DNA of 64,000 bases from Tetramitus jugosus (taxonomy: Eukaryota; Protista; Heterolobosea), in NCBI GenBank assembly GCA_937625935.1, contig OW569356.1:496001-560000 (forward strand). The letters run 5' to 3'. The notes beneath the pieces are model-generated. The model was not told the origin of the DNA. It saw nothing but the letters and a program-made list of their open reading frames with translations, and made no database searches. Positions 56,668 through 64,000 of this stretch are shown piece by piece. The position numbers were made by a program, and so were the translations under genes. Position 1 is the stretch's first letter; each line of letters opens with the position of its first letter.

Positions 56668-56827
56668 CGGTTGATCAGATCAAATGACACCCCGTTGTAT
56701 TCGCTCGCTTCAATTTTTGGACAATAATTATTCTTTTTTTGTTTTTCTGATATCGATTCGGATGTTGCCCGGTTGACACAGAGCTGTAAATGATGAGATT
56801 TCTTGTGAATCTTTGTACCTTGACGAT

Positions 56828-58102
56828 TTATTCGACAACTTCACTGGGAGAGCATGCCTGCACCTCTGTTGTAGTTTGAGCCGTTGTCACTTTAACTTCG
56901 TTTTGCATCTTGAGCGTCTTGCCCTTGTTTTGATTAGCCCGAATCAATATGGAGGCAAACTCATTGGATAACACAAAATCAATAATAACAATATTGACTT
57001 GTGATCCCCACTCCTTCATCCATCTTTCGACATGAGGGTTCACTATGAGGGCCAATACTTTGACAGCCAATGGTTTCGAGCGTTGAGGTGACAAAACAGT
57101 TTGTAGAATCCACAAGCCATCTCCATGATCGTTCGTTAGTTCCTCATAACAACACCTCCGCAGATAATCCACATCTGCCGTGTCAAACCATCGCGAGCAA
57201 ATGACAGAATTTGAGAACACTTTCTCATCCCCTCCATCAGTGCCCTCTAAAGACAAGAGAACTCTCTCGTCTCTGTCCCATAAATCCTTCAGTTTTTTGT
57301 CCAATCCACTCACTGATGCTTTTATCATCTGACCATCGTCACTTGCATCGCTTGCATCAGATACATTGGTCATGCACGGAATCAACCACTTGTCCAATTT
57401 TTCAACTAATCGCTTCTTAAACTGTTGAAACACAACAGGTTGATTCACAAACGGTAGATGAGACACCTCCAATATCACAACTTCCTTCTTGTTCTCCTCT
57501 AAAAACAAACATACAGAGGCAAGTATCTCAGAGAGTGACACTCTAGAGGACCATTGATGATGCATGATCCAAAATTCGTCCTTCTTGTTACCCTGAAAAT
57601 AGTCGAACCGCAGATCAAAATACCGAATTCCACTCATGAGCTGCTCCAAAATATTCAAGCTTTGACAAGCAGTCCAAGGAGCAGCAATGGCCGAAGTCAT
57701 CCGATAGCATCCACTGTCATGCGAACCAGGTATCGCAAGCTGCCTCAATGAAAAATCACTAATGTCATCTCGAATCTGTTCCATCCATTTACTCGTGTCA
57801 AACTCTTCTTCATCAGCAATCTCTCCACTTGTACTCTTCTGCCGATGCTTGTGGTTGTTGTTATTTGAATTGAATTTCTTCTTCTTGTTGAAACTGTTAC
57901 TGTTCTTTGTAGAATTCATGATAGAGTTGTGAGTGCACTCGGTGGATTGAGTACATGAATTCGTTGTCATTGTCGTGTTATTGTTGTTGTTGGTGGTGGA
58001 GCACTGTTGTTGTGTGTCGCTTGTTGTTGTTGTGCTTGCACGTGTGTTGTCCGAGCTAAAAATGGGTGCTTGGAAATTGTCCTTGTGGTTTGCATTGCCC
58101 AT
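56828..58102 (-). CDS. PI-PLC X-domain-containing protein (PLCXD-like)
   Basis: LAIPGSHDSG, QLMSGIRYFDLR, second His (IMHH), EVVILE, NIVIIDFV; N-terminal MG is a possible myristoylation site. Confidence 0.88.
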   Translation of the reverse strand: MGNANHKDNFQAPIFSSDNTRASTTTTSDTQQQCSTTNNNNNTTMTTNSCTQSTECTHNSIMNSTKNSNSFNKKKKFNSNNNNHKHRQKSTSGEIADEEEFDTSKWMEQIRDDISDFSLRQLAIPGSHDSGCYRMTSAIAAPWTACQSLNILEQLMSGIRYFDLRFDYFQGNKKDEFWIMHHQWSSRVSLSEILASVCLFLEENKKEVVILEVSHLPFVNQPVVFQQFKKRLVEKLDKWLIPCMTNVSDASDASDDGQMIKASVSGLDKKLKDLWDRDERVLLSLEGTDGGDEKVFSNSVICSRWFDTADVDYLRRCCYEELTNDHGDGLWILQTVLSPQRSKPLAVKVLALIVNPHVERWMKEWGSQVNIVIIDFVLSNEFASILIRANQNKGKTLKMQNEVKVTTAQTTTEVQACSPSEVVE

Positions 58103-58340
58103 GATTGACTTATACTCACTCTCTATCGATGATGAGTTCTCCGTGTGGTTTCGTTTGTGTGGTGCGCAAGTTTCTGGTTCTGGAGATGACAGCAGGTGCG
58201 CTTCTTGGCCAGTGTTGATGGAATATTACACCACGGCTTTGCGCGGACTTTGCTGTCAAAACAAGCTTTTTCTATTTTTTGTCACCGATTATTTTCCGAT
58301 TGATTGTGTTTCCGTTCAAGAAGTTTGTTCGAAACAAAAA

Positions 58341-60719
58341 ATGAATTCAGGTACTGATCTCGCTTTTACGATCTCTGGACCATCTTCAACGTTGCCTTCG
58401 AGATCTGGTTTCTCTTTTTCATTGGGAGGAGGAAGTGCTCCTCATCCTACTAGACATGGTAGACAAACCACGTCTTCAAAGAGTCACCCGCGTTATCATT
58501 CATCCAGTCAATCATCCTCACTCAAGAATGTTTCATCAATGCCATCGTCCAAGGAAGCACCGATTCAAATCCAGTATACTCTATCAGATGTGCAGCTGAA
58601 CACCATGCGTTCTCTGTTGGATGGAAAAGTAAGAAGATATGATGACATGATTGAGCTCATCAACAGCGCTAGCAGCAACAGTAATGAACCAGCACAAGAG
58701 AACGAACAATCGATTAAGATTCAAAAACCCAACTTTACATTGACGTTGCATGTGACTAGCAAAGAAGAAACGAGTGAAACAACGGTTGTTGATCAACAAA
58801 ATGAGAAGAGTGTTAATGATACGATTGGTGATCAACAAGAGACAAACAAGAGCAACACATTTTCATTTTCTGGTATGGATAAAGTGTTGAACAGTATTGA
58901 GCACGAGATGGACAATCCATTTGATCAAAACAAGAAAAAGAAGGTTGGAAGTGACCAGAGTTCTCCTCCGAGCTTTCACTTCTCTTTCTCTCCTCAACCC
59001 AATCTGACGCTCGGTTCAACTACGCACATTGATATATCATCATTGCCACCTCCCACTGTTGATGAGCAAACAATGATCAATTGTACTATAGTCAATAACA
59101 ATGAATACTCTTGGAGTGTTCACTCCGAAATACTGACCATGTGGATGCCCGCTCATTTTAGTGCGACAGCTCGATTGATGGGTATTGATGACTCATTTGT
59201 GTTGGACAGTGAACTCCTAGAGTATGATATATCGCCTAGAAATATGAAACAAATGATTGATTTCATGTACAGTGGTTGTCTCACTATTTACACGATGGAA
59301 GATACACTCAAATTGGTGACATTGAGTGATTACTTTGTTTTTCATACATTGAGGAACTTGTTGTTAGAGCAAATAGAGAGCAGAGTAACATATAACTCTG
59401 CACTCTTTTACCTTAGTTGGTGTGGTCGACGCTCTGATAACCCGTGGAGAACTTTAGCAGAGAGATGCATAACTGAAATCACTCGGGTTTCTTCAATGGT
59501 TGTAACTGAGATCTCAAATGGCAATATACCACGTTCTCTCTTCAGAGATATTAGCTTTGACAAGATATATAGTCTCTTGAGAAGTATCGATGGCAAAAAC
59601 ATGTACTATATTCGATGGTGCTTCTTGCAATGGTGGATGCAGGAAGCATTCGAAGTAAACTTATCGGAACACAAATACATGATTATGGAAGTGTTTCTCG
59701 AAGCCTATACAAAACTATTAGCCCTATTGGTCAATACCAAAATTCCAATGACAGTGTGCAGTGAGGTTGTCAGTGATGGCCGAAAGCGAAAGGCAATGGA
59801 TGAGATTTTTTATTCCACCGCTCATAATAGTAACGTATCTGTGGAGAGTAGTAGTGATCCTCATGATCAACCACACTTAGTAGAAGAGTCACAAGACATA
59901 TCGGCGTTAAAAAGGACAATTTTCGAAGAACTGAACTGCCCTCCAGAGCTGATCGATTTGTTGTGTCAAGGAAATCCCATGGAATGGAATTTTATTATCA
60001 CCGATGTTATTATTAATGAGATTGCTCATTGTTTTTACAAGGAGCGAGAACAGCTAATCGTTCAAGATAGTTCTGTGATAGACATGGTCTTAAGCTCAGA
60101 TTTACTACAAGTCAAATCTGAAGATGATGTTGTGGACTTTTTGATGGATTGGTATAGTCGTGCTGATGAAGAAGAGAAGGAGATGGTCGCACTGAAACTC
60201 TTCTCTACTGTTCGATATTTTCACATTTCTCTACCATGTATCAATCATCTGTGTACGAGTGGAATGAAAAAGTTGTTGAACCATATTAGCCCAAATATGC
60301 TTCGAAATGTTCTGGAGTTTAGAGTCAGTAATCTAGAAACAAAGGTGAATCGTGAAACGAGTTCACAATTCGGAAGACCAAGACGCTCTTCAGAGTGGAC
60401 AGATATTCAAATGTCAAACAAGCATCAGAAGAGAACAAAGAAACCAAGTCGTTCTGCCCATCTGGCACGGTCATACAAAACGGTGGAAGAAGAAGACAGT
60501 CAAAGTGAATCTGATGATGATATGCCAGATAGTGTCTCATATCTCAGCGATTACACCAGAGTTGAAGTTTTGGATCTCATGCTCAGCATGTTCACTGCTT
60601 CGAAGTTTAGCAGTGAGCGCATTGTGAAAATGATTGAGGCTAACAAGGCCAGAGACAGAAGGATTCATGCAAAGAGTCATAGAGTGTCTGTCAATCAGGA
60701 CGGATACATGAATGAGTAA
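58341..60719 (+). CDS. BTB/POZ + BACK domain protein
   Basis: BTB: VHSEIL...ISPRNMKQMIDFMYSG...LSDYF; BACK: LSSDLLQVKSEDDVVDFLMDW...VRY. First true ATG taken at 58341. Confidence 0.8.
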   Translation: MNSGTDLAFTISGPSSTLPSRSGFSFSLGGGSAPHPTRHGRQTTSSKSHPRYHSSSQSSSLKNVSSMPSSKEAPIQIQYTLSDVQLNTMRSLLDGKVRRYDDMIELINSASSNSNEPAQENEQSIKIQKPNFTLTLHVTSKEETSETTVVDQQNEKSVNDTIGDQQETNKSNTFSFSGMDKVLNSIEHEMDNPFDQNKKKKVGSDQSSPPSFHFSFSPQPNLTLGSTTHIDISSLPPPTVDEQTMINCTIVNNNEYSWSVHSEILTMWMPAHFSATARLMGIDDSFVLDSELLEYDISPRNMKQMIDFMYSGCLTIYTMEDTLKLVTLSDYFVFHTLRNLLLEQIESRVTYNSALFYLSWCGRRSDNPWRTLAERCITEITRVSSMVVTEISNGNIPRSLFRDISFDKIYSLLRSIDGKNMYYIRWCFLQWWMQEAFEVNLSEHKYMIMEVFLEAYTKLLALLVNTKIPMTVCSEVVSDGRKRKAMDEIFYSTAHNSNVSVESSSDPHDQPHLVEESQDISALKRTIFEELNCPPELIDLLCQGNPMEWNFIITDVIINEIAHCFYKEREQLIVQDSSVIDMVLSSDLLQVKSEDDVVDFLMDWYSRADEEEKEMVALKLFSTVRYFHISLPCINHLCTSGMKKLLNHISPNMLRNVLEFRVSNLETKVNRETSSQFGRPRRSSEWTDIQMSNKHQKRTKKPSRSAHLARSYKTVEEEDSQSESDDDMPDSVSYLSDYTRVEVLDLMLSMFTASKFSSERIVKMIEANKARDRRIHAKSHRVSVNQDGYMNE

Positions 60720-60764
60720 TATTTATTACATTGAACGCACATGAAATCATTGCGAGCAGTTATG

Positions 60765-60971
60765 TTACAAGAGTGAGAATGAACTAATAGCGGAGGACCT
60801 TGAACTCTTTTTCAAGATTTGTTGAATTTTATGTGATGTGCGGCCACAGTCAATCTGTTCTGTATGAAATGAGCTTGCGGTCCACCTGATAAAGTTTTCT
60901 CGATGTAACTCAGAATTGTCATGCAAGTTGTTGGCGTTCTTTTGATTTGGTCCTTGATGGAGTTCTACCAT
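60765..60971 (-). CDS. Putative 68-aa microprotein
   Basis: ATG after an A/C-rich leader typical of this genome; fills the gap between BTB and CHY genes; downstream AATAAA on the minus strand. Confidence 0.4.
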   Translation of the reverse strand: MVELHQGPNQKNANNLHDNSELHRENFIRWTASSFHTEQIDCGRTSHKIQQILKKSSRSSAISSFSLL

Positions 60972-61151
60972 GTTTGTCTAGTGTTGTGGTTATGTGTGGG
61001 TTTTCTTGTTGTAGCGACTTGTCAGTTTGTTTCTGTTTGCAACACGCTTGATCTGAATTCTGGTGGTGATTTGCCAGGTTGAGAAACAGCCATCACCAAA
61101 AATACTGTCTCCCCGCTTTTTTTGGAACGGAATCTGCGCTCATCAGCCGAG

Positions 61152-62822
61152 ATGAACACCAAAAGAAACGCACAAAAAAAAAGCGAGCAGAGGATGACCC
61201 TGGCAGATCAACAAACAAAAGAACTAGTGAAAAATGAATTGCTCAAATTGCGACAAAATTACAAACCTTTCAAGGTGAGGAGCGACCCTGGAAAATTTCC
61301 ACTCATCTTCACAATAGTCTTCCACCCGACCCACCAAATGAATGTAGACTTTGAAGGTGTGCAATTGCGCATCACTATTGATGAGGATTATCCGATCGGG
61401 TCATTCCCTGTGATTGACTCGGTCGAGTCATTAAAGACGCAACCATTACCGGCTGGTCTCCTACGTAAATTGCAAACCTCTCTTCAAAATCAGTGTCGTG
61501 TTATGTATGACCGACAAACACGAGAGATCAAGGTACCAATACTATTGGATTTATTGGACTGGTTTGATCGCAATTGTGCGAGTCTGGTAATGGATATGCA
61601 ATATGTGGAATCATACATGGCTGAGAATGCCGATGGTAGCAGCTGTAGGAGATATGCTTTCAAAGTTGGGCTTGTGACAGAGCAATCATCATCGGCGTTG
61701 TCATCGATATCTGATATTGTTTCACAAGGGGGTCAGAACAACAAGAAGAAAGCATCAGCAGAGACTGGCAAAAACATAGGGAAGTCATCAAAGATTCATG
61801 ATGAATTCAATGATCGGAATAGTGACGAAAGTGATCAAGAAGAATTGAGTAGTGATGAGGAGGGGGATAGTGATGACGATGACGATGACGATGGAGGAGT
61901 TGATGGATCAAATGTAATGATTTCACTGATGCATGCTCCTTTATCGTTATCCATAGGTTCAGTGAGTGAAGAAGATGTGGGTCTTGCATTCGAGTACATT
62001 GACTTACAAGGCATATCAGTGATCGAGTGTAGTGAGTTGAGTATTCTTGTATTGTGCAGCAGATGCCAAAAGCAGATTCCTGTACGCAATCTCAGTGCCA
62101 CAGACACTTTCCATTGTGAATGTGATGCATGCAAAAAAGAGATATCAGTCACGTTCCATCCAGTGCCAATCATCAACAACGATACCGATGAAGATGCTGA
62201 TAAATCGATAATAGGAAAACAATGGGCCCAGATTGAACTGTCCGGTTGCACATTTTTTGATACCTTACCAGCATGCGAGTTCAGGGCCCTATGTTTCGAA
62301 TGCTCCACTGTAAACCTTGTGGGAACACTACGACCTAGAACTCACAATTCGTCCACATGCAGAAAGTGTCACAAGGATCTAGATATAGTGTTCAATGGGA
62401 TCAAAAAGCAAGAATTAGCTGACTTAGCGAAGAGGTTATCCGCTTCTACGACAAAGGGCAAAACTTCACCTCGAAGTAATCAGAAAAAGAAAGCAACCAC
62501 AAAGGTTCAAGGAATAACGGAGGGACGTCCATTGCCCAACAATGGAACATGCAAACATTACAAACATTCAAAGAGATGGTTAAGGTTTTCATGCTGTGGG
62601 CGGGCATTCCCCTGTGATATTTGTCATGAGGAACAAACCTCTGATCGATCGATCTTTGCTACAAGAATGTTGTGCGGATACTGTTCCAGAGAGCAACCAT
62701 GTGGCGATACTTGCAAGTTTTGTCAAAAGAAGCTGACCAAGAAGGTATTTGATCCTTCCTCACGCAAGAAGAGTGCCTTCAAAACAGCTTCAAGAAAGAG
62801 TGAACGACAAGCAAAAAAGTAA
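61152..62822 (+). CDS. CHY zinc-finger protein with RWD-like N-terminus and central CxxC pairs
   Basis: GRPLPNNGTCKHYKHSKRWLRFSCCGRAFPCDICH...MLCGYCSREQ; N-terminal LRITIDEDYP. Start 61152 or 61194. Confidence 0.85.
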   Translation: MNTKRNAQKKSEQRMTLADQQTKELVKNELLKLRQNYKPFKVRSDPGKFPLIFTIVFHPTHQMNVDFEGVQLRITIDEDYPIGSFPVIDSVESLKTQPLPAGLLRKLQTSLQNQCRVMYDRQTREIKVPILLDLLDWFDRNCASLVMDMQYVESYMAENADGSSCRRYAFKVGLVTEQSSSALSSISDIVSQGGQNNKKKASAETGKNIGKSSKIHDEFNDRNSDESDQEELSSDEEGDSDDDDDDDGGVDGSNVMISLMHAPLSLSIGSVSEEDVGLAFEYIDLQGISVIECSELSILVLCSRCQKQIPVRNLSATDTFHCECDACKKEISVTFHPVPIINNDTDEDADKSIIGKQWAQIELSGCTFFDTLPACEFRALCFECSTVNLVGTLRPRTHNSSTCRKCHKDLDIVFNGIKKQELADLAKRLSASTTKGKTSPRSNQKKKATTKVQGITEGRPLPNNGTCKHYKHSKRWLRFSCCGRAFPCDICHEEQTSDRSIFATRMLCGYCSREQPCGDTCKFCQKKLTKKVFDPSSRKKSAFKTASRKSERQAKK

Positions 62823-62951
62823 CAGGAATAAATAGTGATGCTAAGGTTGATCAAAGTGTATTTCATTTATACTCACACATTTGTTGTAATCCATGATTGT
62901 ATTTCCCGCCGCAAAAACAAGATCAAGCCCAGATCAAAAAAAGACACAGCA

Positions 62952-63721
62952 ATGATGGACAATCCCTTCACGAAAAGGACGTTTGATAGTCCCGATGTCG
63001 ATCGACAGCGCTATTCATCATCTTCTACGACCAGAAGACCACTGTTGCAACAGTCATCAACGCACAGCTACTACAGTAGCGATAGAAATGGATACAAGGA
63101 GGTTCATGATCATCACCAACAGCTGAAAAGAAGGTCCAAATGCGCGTGTTTTTGTAAAGTGTCATGTATTCTTCTTTTACTTGCTGTCAGTTGTTTGTTC
63201 GTAGCGGCTGTTGTGCTTGCCACTGTTGGAGGTGTGTTCATCAAGAAGGGAAAATTAAGCAATCACTGTAGTCTCTTATTGCATGTCAATAGAACTCTGC
63301 TAACGACCTCTGTTAATGATCTCTCAACTGTTTTTCATTCCATTGGAAGTGCCTGTAGCAATATTCTTCCGTTTCGATTGATCGAGATTGATGAATTAAC
63401 TCACACAATCTATTGCATGCACATTACGAGACAATATCACGTTGTTGAGAATGTAACAGTGGTTGTGAACTCTGTCGCTGGCCAACCTAACTTGCTCAGT
63501 GTGGAGGCCACGAGTAAGAGTCGACATGGAAAGTTTGTAAGTACTTACTTTTCTCATCTCGCTCATTTCAACTTCATTATCATGTCTGTACTAACATGCA
63601 CCCACTCCTATAATAGGATTTCGGTCAAAATTTTCGAAACCTCAAACTTCTGTTCTCATTGGCCAAGTTAGATATCGTACAACAGACGAGGATGGGTGGA
63701 TGTTGGTTCCCCTATAACTAA
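62952..63721 (+). CDS. Single-pass membrane protein with DUF1499-like C-terminal domain; 2 exons
   Basis: TM ILLLLAVSCLFVAAVVLA; intron 63537-63616 (GTAAGT...ACTAAC...TAG) gives SKSRHGKF|DFGQNFRNL, resembling the DUF1499 SxSRxGxxDxGxNxxR motif. Confidence 0.65.
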
Positions 63722-63766
63722 TAGTACTGTTCGATATTAGCGTCGACATCACAATCTCATTTATTG

Positions 63767-64000
63767 TTAGTAATCTTCCACCTTGAGTTTTGGCACGATG
63801 CACATACTCTGCAATTCCTGGAACAACAGCTTGCAAGCGTATGGAATGGTCAATACGGCCATTGAGCGACCACTCTTGCAGTATTGGCAATAACCGAGAT
63901 ATCCGATGTAGCCACATTTCTCACAGACGTGAACCTTGAATGCATCACTGGATATCATCAATCTTTCCATGAGCAACATTGAGGCACCATAACCAATCAA
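63767..64000 (-). CDS. RPC2: RNA polymerase III second-largest subunit, 3' end (partial)
   Basis: [21 protein letters not shown]...CEKC...CQYC...[15 protein letters not shown] is the POLR3B/RPC2-type C-terminus. Confidence 0.93.
   Translation of the reverse strand: MIGYGASMLLMERLMISSDAFKVHVCEKCGYIGYLGYCQYCKSGRSMAVLTIPYACKLLFQELQSMCIVPKLKVEDY

Noticed and set aside
57975-58340. N-terminal extension of the 914-aa ORF (likewise extensions at 33005, 10358, 8774, 39605)
   Set aside because: Mostly non-ATG starts that overlap neighbouring genes or UTR-like sequence; downstream ATGs give coherent proteins.
1-64000. CRISPR arrays, tRNA/rRNA, transposons, viral insertions, operons
   Set aside because: No spaced direct repeats, RNA-gene signatures, transposase/RT/integrase or capsid motifs seen by eye; gene structure is eukaryotic. 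A covariance-model scan would be needed to exclude small RNAs.

Overview
Gene-dense eukaryotic nuclear DNA (about 36 protein-coding genes in 64 kb), not prokaryotic. Genes have short GT-AG introns (57-119 nt, mostly GTAYGT donors and CTRAC-type branch points), very short intergenic spacers, and many poly-Asn/Gln/Ser/His tracts. Several ORFs in the supplied track are exons that splice into single genes. The gene content (multi-TM PAS adenylate cyclase, Zn2Cys6 factor, low-complexity proteins) suggests a free-living protist, probably Heterolobosea/Discoba; this is inference only. Recognisable genes: MCM5, SDE2, ERMP1-type M28 peptidase, ALG6, ATG1/ULK, PIP5K, OCA6-like phosphatase, ArfGAP-PH, MAPK phosphatase, USP53/54-like DUB, GST, GDE1-like, PLCXD, AlkB-like, GNAT, BTB-BACK, CHY finger and the 3' end of RPC2. 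I saw no rRNA, tRNA, CRISPR array or mobile element, and no single multi-gene novel system is demonstrable from sequence alone. Best leads: (i) a bacterial-type GTPase with tandem Zn ribbons and a glycine-zipper tail, with an intron through its P-loop; (ii) AATAAA overlapping or abutting the stop codon in 13 genes; (iii) an orphan protein with five VPxxPGPMPxxY repeats; (iv) a secreted 4-repeat CBM52-like lectin; (v) an ATF6/bZIP28-like membrane-tethered bZIP; (vi) a PNRC/Edc1 decapping-activator motif; (vii) a palindromic E2F site in the MCM5 intron; (viii) a frameshifted orphan gene.
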